Assembly: GCF_963921235.1 (NCBI RefSeq)
Contig: NC_086105.1
Location: 139,872,001 to 139,936,000 of the forward strand
DNA length: 64,000 nucleotides
Origin: Mobula hypostoma
Taxonomy: Eukaryota
Direction: 5' to 3'
Shown here one piece after another: positions 50,815 through 62,374 of this stretch. The position numbers and the translations under genes were made by a program. The notes under the pieces were generated by a model. It had not been told where the DNA came from, made no database searches, and saw nothing but the letters and a program-made list of their open reading frames with translations. Within the stretch, counting starts at the first letter, position 1. Each line of letters starts with the position of its first letter.

Positions 50815-51129
50815 CACAAGGAAATCTGCAGATGCTGGAAATTCAAGCAACACACACAAAAAATGCTGGTGAATGCAGCAGGCCAGGCAGCATCTATAGG
50901 AAGAGGTACAGTCGATGTTTCGGGCCGAGACCGTTCGTCCTGACCAATGTAGAAGAGGCAGCACTGGATACAATAGTGACCCTTAATAGACTCACAGGTG
51001 AAGTGTCACAAATTTCAACGATACCACTCAAGTGAAATAAACCAAATTATTATTTTGTTAGGTTATTGCAAGTCATTTACTTGAGAAATTTGTTTCATAT
51101 TAATCTGGTGGTGGCATTTTTTGTGTGTG
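50815..51129. mobile_element. Composite Penelope-terminus insertion carrying captured host sequence, 13-bp TSD
   Basis: AACCTTATGATAA at 50802-50814 and 51130-51142; antisense element arm 50815-50939; 50941-51116 is the reverse complement of 51713-51891; sense arm remnant gcattttttgtgtgtg. Confidence 0.85.
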
Positions 51130-51419
51130 AACCTTATGATAATTCTGGTTCTGACACAGCCACACTTAATTTAATCAATTGAAGATGCCGCCTTTGGCAT
51201 CCAGGATAACAGAAGCACAGGGAATACTTTAGAATTTACAGAAATAGATTTTTGAACTCAAAGTGAAAATCAGTACTTTTTTGAAAATCAGTCATTCAGC
51301 GTGGAAACAAAACTTAAGACAATTAAGTTATGACAAGCATCAAGCACTATTTTACATTAAATCTTTTTCAATTCTTTCACATTCCCTTAAGCTCCCCAGA
51401 TTCTACCATTCACTTATAA

Positions 51420-51720
51420 CAAAGGGAAATTTACAATGGCCAATTAACCTTCCAAATTGCATCTGCCTGGCCTGCTGCGTTCACCAGCAACTTTTATGTG
51501 TTGCTTGAATTTCCGGCATCTGCAGAATTCCTGTTGTTTGCGTTAAAAAAAACCTTCCAAATTGTGTATCTTTAGAATCTGGTAAGGAACCAGAGCACCC
51601 AATGGAAACCCACATGATTTCAGGAAATATGTGTAAACATCTACGTAGGCTCTACTGAATGGCAGGATTGAACCCATTTCCTGGAACTGAAAGGCGCAAG
51701 TTCTGCTAGCTCTGCCACCA
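51420..51720 (-). mobile_element. Old V-SINE (HE1-like), interrupted by a Penelope-terminus insert at 51460-51550 with 14-bp TSD
   Basis: ggaaccagagcaccc..ggaaacccaca..ggattgaaccc is a reversed V-domain and tRNA head; AACCTTCCAAATTG at 51446-51459 and 51551-51564. Confidence 0.7.
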
Positions 51721-52689
51721 CCAGTTTAATATGAAACAAATTTCTCAAGTAAATGACTTGCAATAACCTAACAAAATAATAATTTGGTTCATTTCACTTA
51801 AAAGTGGCATCATTGAAATTTGTGACACTTCACCTGTGAGTCTATTAAGGGTCACCTATTGTATCCGGTGCTGCCTCTTCTACATTGGTCAAACCTGACA
51901 TAGATTAGGGAATTTCTGGTGAAGGAGCAAAGTCCTTTTCTAATTTCCATTTTCCTTAGGATTTATGAATATGATACATCACATTCTATCACTTTGTTCT
52001 CCTTCACATAAGCAATTACTTAACATGACTCAATACCGTATCTGTTACAACTTTCACTGTTCCTCAATGCTGTCTTACGCAATTGATTTACTTCTTCATA
52101 ACAAGAACATTGATGTGTTTAGAAATATACAACCATGCCAAAGAATGTAACTTGTACAAATTTTAACAATTCTATTATATTTTCCTCCACTTAGTTCTGT
52201 TTCTCTCTCTACTCATACTATTAAAACTACGATGTTGTCTAAAATAAGGAAGCATTATTCCACATAAAATCTCTATCCTAATCACCACCAGTTTTCCCAA
52301 TAAGACACTACTACATCTATCCAACAAACCAGTACCAGGAGCATCCTCTACATGTTTAATTACAGGTTAAGCACCCCTTATCTGAAATTCCAAAATCCAA
52401 AAACCTCCAAAATACAATTTTTTTTTAAAATTTTTTTTTGAGTGCTGACCCGATGTCACAAATGAAAAGTTCCACAAGGCACTGGGAAGGTTCCTAAGCG
52501 ATGTGCAGGTCTCTGCTCACCAGACATTTCTGAGAAGTGACCTCACATATGTAATGAGCAGCTGTTAATGAAAAATCAAAAAACACCACATTAAGCAAAA
52601 AAATTAAGATCTCAGCATGTATTAAAGACTGAATTCGTCAGTGTCAGAGTGACAAATCAGGTCCATGATCAAGATTTAAAAGGCAGAGC

Positions 52690-55600
52690 TTTCCGACACT
52701 TTCTCTGGTTGCAGCACAACTTAATCAACAAGAGGGATTCATTAGAAAAGGCGAATAAAAATATCGCAAGTGGAGCAGCCATTTGTTTGAGTGAGCCAGC
52801 GTTTAGAGTGGCTTTGGCTCATTACGCTTAGGCGAGATCAGGCTTGGACCAGATAAAGTATCAGACAAGTTTCTCTCTTTTTGTACTTATTTGTTTATTC
52901 TTTGTCTATTAAGGCATAATAGTGTCATGAAAATGACTCCAGGGCAGTGTTTTGTACTGTGTCTGGGATGTAGGACGTCTGAGAGACCTCAGTCTCTCAG
53001 ATAAACACATCTGCACCAGTTGCACTGGGCTCCAGCTCCTGAGAGAATGTATTAAGGAACTAAAGCTGCAGCTCGATGACTTTCAACTCAACATGAGATA
53101 GATAAGAGCTACAGTAAGGTAGTCACCCCTAGGTTGCAGGAGACAGGTAACTGGGTGACTGTCAGAGAGAAGGAAAATGCACAGCCAATGCAGAATACAC
53201 CTGTGGCCATTCTCCTTAATAAAAAGTATACATCTTAGGTACTCTTGAGCAGGACGACCTATGGGAGGAGCCACAATGACTGGGTCTCTGGCACTGTGTT
53301 TGGTGCTGTGGCTCAGAGCAGCAGAGAGGTGCAAAGGACTGCAGTGTTGATAGGAGATTCCACAGTCAGAGGAACAGAGACTAGATTCTGCGGGCTATAT
53401 ATAGACACATGGATGGTATGTTGCCTCCTTGGTGCCAGAATCAGGGACATCTCATTGTGGCTCCATGGCATTTTCAAGGGCAAGGGTGAGCAGCAAAAAG
53501 TCTTGGTACATATTGGCACCAATGACATAGGTAGACAAGGTGAGGAGGTTCTGAAGTGAGACTTTAAGGAGCTAGGTAGAAAATGGAAAAACAGGACCCC
53601 CAGGGTAGTAATCTCTGGATGCTGCTTGTGCCATGAGCCAGTGAGGGTAAGAACAGGATGATCTGGCAGGAATATGCACAGCTGAGGAACTGGTGCAGGG
53701 GGAAGGGGTTCAGATTTATGGATTATTGGGATCTCTTCTGAGGAAGGTATTACCTGTACAAAAGGGATGAGTTACACCTGAAGCCGAGGGGGTCCAATAT
53801 CCTAGTGGGCAGGTTTCCTAGAGTTGTTCAGAAGGGTTTAAGTAAATTTGGCATGGGGATGGGAACTGGAGTGAGTGCTGAGAATGAGATAATTGGCTTA
53901 CAAACAAGGGAAATGTGTTGTGAGACTCCTGGCATGAAAGGCTGATGATAGGGCAAAATTGCAGTCAGCAGGATGAGTTGCAATGTAAAAAGTGGACAAA
54001 ATCAAAAAGGGTAAATACAAGATTGAAGGTATCATATTTGAATCTGCACAGTATATGGAATAAGGTAGATGAACTTGTAACAGTTAAAGATTGGCGTGCA
54101 TGATGATGTAGACATCAGTGAATCATGGCTGAAAGAAGATTTATAGCTAGGAGTTTAACAAGGATATATATTGCATCGAAAGGACAGGCAGGTAGGCAGA
54201 GGAGGTGGTACTCTGTTGGTAAAAAATGAAATAAAATTATTCAAGAGAGGTGGCATAGGGTCAGAAGGTGTTAAATGGTTGTGGATAGAGCCAAGGAACT
54301 GCAAGGGTTAAAAAAAATACCCTGATGGGTGTTACATACAGACCCCCAAACAACAGTAAGGATATGGTCTACAAATGACAACAGGAAATAGAACAAGCAT
54401 GCCAAAAGGAGAATGTTACAATAGACCTGGGAGATTTTAATGTACAAGTAGATTGGGAAAATCAGGTTGGTGCTGGATCCCAAGAGGGGTAATTTCTAGA
54501 ATGGCTACAAGATGGCTTTTTAATGCAGCTCGTGGTTGAGCCCACTAGGAGATCAGCTGTTCTGGATTGGGTGTTATGCAATGTACTTCAGGTAAAAAAA
54601 ACCCTTAAGGGCAAGTGATCATAATATGATCAAATTCTCCCTGAAATTTGAGGAGAAGCTAAAGACAGATTTATCAGTATTACAGTGGAGAAAAGGGGAT
54701 TACAGAGGCAGGAGAGAGGAGCTGGTCAAAATTGATTGGAAAAGAACACTGGCAGGGATGACAGCACAGCAGCAAAGGCAGGAATGGCTGGAATTTCTAG
54801 CAACCATTTGGAAGACACAGATATACATTTCAAAGAGGAAGTAGTATTCTAAAGGCAAGATGATACAGCTGTGGCTAACAAGAGAAGTCAAGGACAACAT
54901 AAAAGCCAAAGAGAGGACACATAATAGGGGGAAAATTAGTGTGGTTAGAGGATTGGGAAGCTTTTAAAACCCAACAGAAGGCAATGAAAAAATGTCATTA
55001 AGGAAAAGATGGAATATGAAAGTAAGATTAAAGAGGATACCAAAAGTTTCTTCAGCTACATACAGTGTAAAAGAGAGGCGAAACTGGAAAACAACGCTGG
55101 TGAGGTAGTAATGGGGACAAGGAAATAGCGGATGAACTGAGTCAGTATTTTACATTAGAAACAAAGAGGAAAAATCTGCAAATGCTGGAGGAGTTAAGCA
55201 GGCCAGGCAACATCTATGGAAAGAAGTACAGTCGATGTTTCAGGGCCCAAAACATCAACTGTGCTTTTTGTCCATAGATGCCGCATGGCCAGCTGAGTTC
55301 CTCCAGCATTTTGTGTGCGTTGCAAGCATTTTGCATCAGTCTTCACTGTAGAAGACACTAGCAGTATGGTGGAAGTTCCAGAATGTCACGGGTCAGAAGT
55401 GTGTGAACTTGTCATTACTAGGATGAAAGTTCTTGAGATACTGAAAGGTCTGAAGGTAAATAAGTCACCTGGACCAGATGGTATACATCCCAGGGTTCTG
55501 AAAGAGCTGACTGAAGAGATCGTGGAGGCATTAGTAATGATCTTTTAAGAATCACTAGATTCTGGAATGGTTCCGGAAGACTCAAAAATTGCAAATGTCA

Positions 55601-56090
55601 CTCCACTCTTCAAGAAAGGAAAAAGCAGAAGAAAGGAAACTACAGGGCAGTTAGTCTGACCTGAGTGGTTGGGAAGATGTTGAAGTCAATTGTTAAGCAT
55701 GTGACTTCATTGTACTTGGAGGCACGTGATAAAACAGGCGTAGTCAGCGTGGTTTCCTCAAGGAAAATCTTGCTTGACAAATCTGTTGGAATTCTATGAA
55801 GAAATAACAAGCAAGATAGACAAAGGAGAATTGGTTGAAGTGATGTATTGGGATTTCCAGAAGGCCTCTGACAAGGTGCTACACATGAGGCTACTTAACA
55901 AGTTAAGAGCCCATGCTATCACAGGAGAGATAATAACCAGGATAAAGCAGGTAGCTGATAGGCTGGAAGCAGAGTGGCAATAAAGGGAGCCTTTTCTGAT
56001 TGGCTGCTGGTGTCCAGTGGTGTTCCACAGGGGTCTGTGTTGGGACCGATTCTTTTTACATTACATGTTAATAACTTTGTGATGGAATAA
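52690..56090 (+). mobile_element. Degenerate CR1 (ORF1, APE, partial RT), 3' end missing
   Basis: LIGDSTVRG, HIGTNDI, KSPGPDGIHPRVLKE and WDFQKASDKV; stops just after the GVPQGSVLGP region. Confidence 0.88.
55159..55324. mobile_element. Fold-back (palindromic) Penelope-terminus element inserted in CR1 ORF2
   Basis: Inverted arms 55181-55245 and 55246-55310 centred on GGG|CCC; diverged 15-bp TSD at 55144-55158 and 55325-55339 (12/15 identical). Confidence 0.8.
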
Positions 56091-56639
56091 CCATGTGTGT
56101 GATGAACAAGTGGAAGACAAAGACAGCTTACCACATGAATTCAGGGTCAGGAATGATGGTGATACCAAACAGCCACTGACAGTCCACCCGGGCTGCTGAG
56201 GTAGTGATAGCTTACCTTTCTGATAGCTTAATGTACACGTTACTGTTTCATGCACAAAATTACTAAAAAATATTATAGAAAATTATCTTCAGGGTATATA
56301 TGTGTACACTGATTAAAAATGGATTCTGTTTCTAGATTTGGGTACCACCACCTAGGTACCTCAATATATAGATGCAAGTATTCCAAAATCCAAAAAAAAA
56401 AAATCAGAAATCCAAAACTCTTCCAGCCCCAAGCATCGTGGTTAAAGGGTGCTCAACCTGTATTTACAAAGCCTTGCAGGATTAGCTAAGAGGCAATAAA
56501 TGGTGAACAGCAAGGAGGATAACAGGGTTATTTTCAGGTTGACAGCCCAGGATAAGCATCACAAGAACCAGCGCTGGGATTGCAAAAGTGCTGGGAAATG
56601 CACAACACAAATAAAGAGATTCAGGGATTCAAGCATATC

Positions 56640-57125
56640 GAAGGATGGATGTGCTGGCATTGGAGAGGATCCAGGGAAAGTTTACAAGAATGATCCCTGG
56701 AATAAAAAGTTTAACATACAGAGCAGTCGATAGCTCTGACCCAGTACTCATTGGAGTTTAGAAGAATGGGGGTGGGAATCTCACTGATACCTACCGAATA
56801 TTAAAAGCCCTGATAGAGTGGACATGGAGGATATTTTCAATATGAGGAGAGTCTAGGACCAGAAGGCAAAGCCTCAGAATAGAAGGACATCCTTTGAGAA
56901 CAGAGATCGGAAGGAATTTCTTTAGCCAGAGGATAGTGAATCTATGGAATTCACTGCCACAGATGGTTATGGAAGTCAAGTCATTGCACCTATTCAAAGT
57001 GGAGGTTGATGGATTTTTGATTAGTAAGGGTATCAAAGCTTATAGGGAGAAGGCAGAAAAATGGGGTTTAAAGGGAAAATAAATCAGCCATGACTGAATG
57101 GCGGAGCAGACTCAATGGGCCGATA
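56640..57125 (+). mobile_element. CR1 3' fragment
   Basis: RTEIGRNFFSQRIVNLWNSLPQ. Confidence 0.8.
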
Positions 57126-57569
57126 TGCTTAGGATCAATGCTGAGGATTGAGGCCCAAGGGCTGAATTGCAGGTCCAGAAGTCAAGGCCCATTGGCCAGA
57201 GCCCAATCTGCAAATTTCTGCGATTCTGCTGGGGAGGTTGAAGTCAGTTATCTAGAGGCCTGAGTTTACTGAAGGCTGAAACAGGAGGCCTGTCCTGGGA
57301 TTAAAGGACTATCTCAGCATGTGAGTGGGAAGTTGTGTTCTGTGTTGTTCTGCCAAGCACTGTGGGCATGCTATGTTGGCACTGGAATGTGTGGTGACAC
57401 TTATGGGCTGGTATCAGCACACCCTTGGGTGTCAAAACAATGCATTTCACTTAGTTTTGATGTACATGTGACAAATATTCATGAATCAAAACTTCTGCTC
57501 CTATGTCTTACGGAATTTAATGCAGCCAAGTATGACAATGGTTCACTTTGGGAGATCAAGGGCAAGAGA

Positions 57570-58350
57570 AAAGCATACAAAGTTTAATCTGAACAAGTGT
57601 GAGATGGTGCCATTTGGAACGTAAAATGCAAGACAGAAGTATACAGTAAATGGCAAGATCCTTAAGAACCACTGATATACAAAGTGAACAAGGGATGCAA
57701 GTTCACATCTCTTTGAAAGTGGCAACAAAAGCAGATAGAGTGGTCAGACGACATGGGGCTTACTTGCTTTCATTGGTCAGGGTGTTGAGCATACAATAAA
57801 AGTTGGAAAGTCATTTTGTAGCTGTACGAAACTTTGGTCAGGCCATATTTAGAGTACTGTATACAGTTCTGGTCAGCATATTACAATAAGGGAGTGGTGT
57901 TTTTGCAAAGGGTGCAGAAGTGCCTAGATTAGAGAATATTAGCTGCAAGGAGAGGCTGGACAAACTTCGATTGCTTTCTCTCGAGCATCAGAACTTGACA
58001 GGTGACCTGATAGAAGTATATAAAATTACGAGAGATATAGAAAAGGGAGATAGAATCTTTTTCCTCCATGATGAAAATTCAAATACCAGAGGGCATACCT
58101 TTAAAGTGAGAGGGGGAAAAGTTTAAAGCAGATTTATGTGGCCAGTTTTTTCACACCGGTAGCTGCTTAAGACTGTGCTGCCAGGTGAGAATTTCCAGCA
58201 TCTGCAGAATTCCTGTTGTTTGTGACATTTAAGAGCTACTTAGACAGAGGGGAAATAGATGGATATAGAACACGTGCAGGGCAACGTGTCACTTGAATTG
58301 GCATCATGGTCACCAGGGGCATTGTGGGCCAAAGGCCATATTCTCTGCTA
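57570..58350 (+). mobile_element. Old CR1 3' part with a 32-bp Penelope-terminus fragment at 58191-58222
   Basis: KERLDKLRLLSLE..GDLIEVYKI..TRGHTFKV; atttccagcatctgcagaattcctgttgtttg inside. Confidence 0.75.
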
Positions 58351-58782
58351 TATGCTTGTGTGAAATGATGCCTAATGGGAAGTCAAGTAGGAGTAGGACA
58401 TGGTAGGGTGCGAAGGAATGATACTAGGTTTCAAGTCCATAGATCCCTGAAAGTGAAAACATACACCAAAAAGACACAGAGGTAGAAATAGGTCATTCAG
58501 CCCGTTGAGTCTGCTTCACCACTTGATCATGGCTGATTTATTTTCCCTTTCAGCTCTATTCTCCTATCTTTTCTCCATAACTTTTGACAGCCTTACTAAT
58601 CAAGAATCTATCAACTTACATTTTAAATATGCCCAATGCCTTGAGCCCCACAGATGTCAGTGGCAAAGAATTCTACAGATTCACCACCCTTTGGTTAAAA
58701 AAATTCCTAATCATTTCTGTTCTAGAGGGACGTACTTCTATTCTGAGTCTGTGCCGCGTGGTCCTGAAATCACCGACTATTT

Positions 58783-59989
58783 AGAAACATAGAAACATAG
58801 AAAATAGGTGCAGGAGTAGGCCATTCGGCCCTTCGAGCCTGCACCGCCATTTATTATGATCATGGCTGATCATCCAATTCAGAACCCAGCCTTCCCTCCA
58901 TACCCCGTGACCCCTGTAGCCACAAGGGCCATATCTAACTTCCTTTTAAACATAGCCAATGAACTGGCCTCAACAGTTTGCTGTGGCAGAGAATTCCACA
59001 GATTCACCACTCTCTGTGTGAAGAAGTTTTTCCTAACCTCGGTCCTAAAAGGCTTCCCCTCTATCCTCAAACTGTGACCCCTCGTTCTAGACCTCCCCAA
59101 CATCGGGAACAATCTTCCCGCATCTAGCCTGTCCAATCCCTTTAGGATCTTATACGTTTCAATCAGATCCCCCCTCAATCTTCTAAATTCCAACGAGTAC
59201 AAGCCCAGTTCATCCAGTCTTTCTTCATATGAAAGACCTGCCATCCCAGGAATCAATCTGGTGAACCTTCTTTGTACTCCCTCTATGGCAAGGATGTCTT
59301 TCCTCAGATTAGGGGACCAAAACTGCACACAATACTCCAGGTGTGGTCTCACCAAGGCCTTGTACAACTGCAGTAGTACCTCCCTGCTCCTGTACTCGAA
59401 TCCTCTCGCTATAAATGCCAGCATACCGTTCGCCTTTTTCACCGCCTGCTGTACCTGCATGCCCACTTTCAATGACTGGTGTATAATGACACCCAGGTCT
59501 CGTTGCACCTCCCCTTTTCCTAATCGGCCACCATTCAGATAATAATCTGTTTTCCTATTTTTGCCACCAAAGTGGATAACTTCACATTTATCCACATTAA
59601 ATTGCATCTGCCATGAGTTTGCCCACTCACCCAACCTATCCAAGTCACCCTGCATCCTCTTAGCATCCTCCTCACTGCTAACACTGCCACCCAGCTTCGT
59701 GTCATCCGCAAACTTGGAGATGCTGCATTTAATTCCCTCATCCAAGTCATTAATATATATTGTAAACAACTGGGGTCCCAGCACTGAGCCTTGCGGTACC
59801 CCACTAGTCACCGCCTGCCATTCTGAAAAGGTCCCGTTTATTCCCACTCTTTGCTTCCTGTCTGCTAACCAATTCTCCACCCACACCAATACCTTACCCC
59901 CAATACCATGCGCTTTAAGTTTGCACACTAATCTCCTGTGTGGGACCTTGTCAAAAGCCTTTTGAAAATCCAAATATACCACATCCACT
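58783..59989 (-). mobile_element. Young 5'-truncated CR1 with uninterrupted RT C-terminal ORF (369 aa), nested in an older CR1
   Basis: ORF 58879-59988: DFQKAFDKV, GVPQGSVLGP, KFADD; (CTATGTTT)n tail; older CR1 sequence at 58470-58780 and 59995-60030. Confidence 0.95.
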
Positions 59990-60849
59990 TATATTTGAAA
60001 TAACCTCTCCACGTTCACTGCATCCAGGCGCATTAATAGTCGGTTGGTTTAGATAAGTAAATCGGATGGTGAAGATGAATGAGGTTCTTACCTTCATAAG
60101 TTGGGGCACAGAATATAGAAGTTGGGACATTATGCTGCAATTTTATAAAACATTGGTTAGACCACACTTGTGCAGTATGTGTAATTCTCATGGCAACATT
60201 ATTGGAAAATGTGATTACACTGGAGATCTTGCAGAGGTGATTCAACAGGATGTTACCTGGATTGGAACATTTAATGATGGGGTAATGATTGAACAGATAG
60301 GGTTTGTTTTAACTGCAGAAAAGGAGACCAAGCAGTGACCAGACAGATGTATATAAAATTAGAGGGGATATAGATATGGTAGATAGTCAGAGTCTTTTTC
60401 TCATGGTAGGAGCATTAAAATGAAAAATACATATTTACAGTGACAGGAAGAAACTGTAAAGAGGATTTAAGTGAAATGTTGTTTTAATGTAGTGGTTAAT
60501 ATATGGAACTCACTGCTAGAGAAGGTAGAGTTAGGTACAATCACATGTTCAAGAGTCATTTAAAGATGTGCTTAAATAGGCCAAGGCATGGAAGGATACA
60601 GGCAATGTAGGCAAATGGAATGAGTGCAGAACATGAACAAAAAAGGTCAGCATGGATATAATGGACCAAAAGGCCTATTTCATCCCTTCAGTTCGTATTC
60701 AGAATTCTATTGGCCTCTCATTGATCTATATATATGTCTGGAGTAGATTCCCCAACTTTCCTTTGATACTCTAATTTTAAACAAGCTTTGCCTCAATTAA
60801 ACATTTTAACTGTTTTATTGATTTTCAATAAACCAAAATGAGGGAGCAC

Positions 60850-61310
60850 TCGAAGCTGCAGAAATGCGGCTTTTGAGAAGAATGATGAAAATATTGTGGA
60901 AGAACAGACTAACGTATGAGGAAGTGTTGCGAAAAGCTGAAACAAGAAGAGAGTTAATATCCAATTAGGAAACAGCAGCTGGAATTTCTGGGACATGGAC
61001 TGAGGAAAGAGAAGCTCAAATATTTTGCAGTGACAGGAAAAATTGATGGAAGAAAAAGTCGTGGTCAACAGCACATGACGTTCATGAGTTACCTCAAGGG
61101 ATGAGCAGACAAACATTTTGAAGCGCTTATTAGAATCGGATTTAATATTACTGACGTATGTAGTGAAATTTGTTGAGATAGTGTTCATCGGTTCAAAGCC
61201 CATGCAGAAATCTGATGGCAGAGGGGGAAGAAGCTGTTCCTGAACTTAGAACTTTAAGATTAAAGACTGATAGAAGACCATGATTGCCCATGTCATACGA
61301 CACGGCACAT
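60850..61310 (+). mobile_element. RTE-clade LINE 3' remnant, interrupted at ~61120-61260
   Basis: RMMKILW..EEVL..RKQQLEFLGH..GKIDGRKSRGQ, and tail gaccatgattgcccatgtcatacgacacggcac. Confidence 0.7.
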
Positions 61311-61776
61311 AGAGTCATAGAGAAGTACACCACAGAAACGGGCCATTCAGCCCATCTAGTCCATGCCAAAGCTATTTAAACTGCCCACTCGCATCGACCT
61401 GCACTGGGTCCATAGCCCTCCATATTCCGACTATCCATGTACCTATCCAAACTTCTCTTAAATGTTGAAATTGAGCTCGCATGGACCACTTGTACTGGCA
61501 GCTCATTCCGCACTCACATGACTCTTTGAGACAATGATGATGAATGATTTTCATGAATTTTTACTTTAACTTATTGCAAGGCACTATAACACGAATAAAA
61601 AATGTACAATTTTAAATATAGTCAACATATAATTAAAACATTAAGTGAAATACAAATGGATAATTGCAAAAGATCCAACTTCATATTTTTAATAGTACTT
61701 ACACTGCAAGGATGCAATATGCATTAACAAAAAGCAGAAAGGATGGACAGAACTGAAAACAAAATAGTATACTCAC

Positions 61777-62374
61777 AACCATGATATGAAGCGGGTGATC
61801 CTCCTGATTTTCCATACTCATGTTCTGAATAACTGGTGGACAGGTTAGGCTGGCTAGACCCACGACCAAAAGTAATTTGATTATTGCTTCCTACTCCTGT
61901 GGCTACTTGAGCCATACGTTCTTTTGTTTTAAGAGCCTGTGTTCTCTCTGACTTAAGCCGGTCATCATCTTTCAACAAAGTTACAAGTTGCTTTGACTTC
62001 TCACGTACATTTATGCCTTGATCTTTGCCATCACGATCAATGTACTGAAAGTCTTTCAGGGTCTGAATGGCAAATATGTTTTCTCTGCACTGTTGTGCAA
62101 CTCTTTCAGATCCAGTCTTTATCATATAGTCTAACAGCGTCAGGGCCTTGTAAACATGTCGCCAATTCTTGCCGTGATCATTAAGACGCTTCCATATCAT
62201 ACTCATTATTTCTGAAAATGCCACAACATTGTAAGTTAGATCTGCAATTTCAGTCATTAAGGAACTAGAAGGTCCCCAGGGATCATTGGAGGTCGCCTCA
62301 CGCACTTTAATTTCAGCTTCAGAATAATTATTCACTATGTTTTTCATCTGCCGTCTAATAGCTGATGTAGTCAT
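61777..62374 (-). CDS. EPN2: Epsin-2 first coding exon (598 coding nt; ENTH domain)
   Basis: MTTSAIRRQMKNIVNNYSEAEIKVREATSNDPWGPSS...GGSPASYHG, donor T|gtgagt. NNYS, TEIADL and GRGSSQPNLSTS fit EPN2, and B9D1 synteny agrees. Confidence 0.97.

Larger units (their letters stand above)
52363..56460. mobile_element. Tigger4/Zombi-like DNA transposon ends enclosing a CR1 5' segment
   Basis: TA|CAGGTTAAGCACCCCTTATC...GTTAAAGGGTGCTCAACCTG|TA inverted termini with subterminal CCAAAATCC repeats. Confidence 0.8.

Noticed and set aside
50941-51891. Inverted repeat read as the TIRs of a DNA transposon
   Set aside because: One arm lies inside a TSD-flanked retro-insertion and the other crosses unrelated elements, so it is a templated copy.
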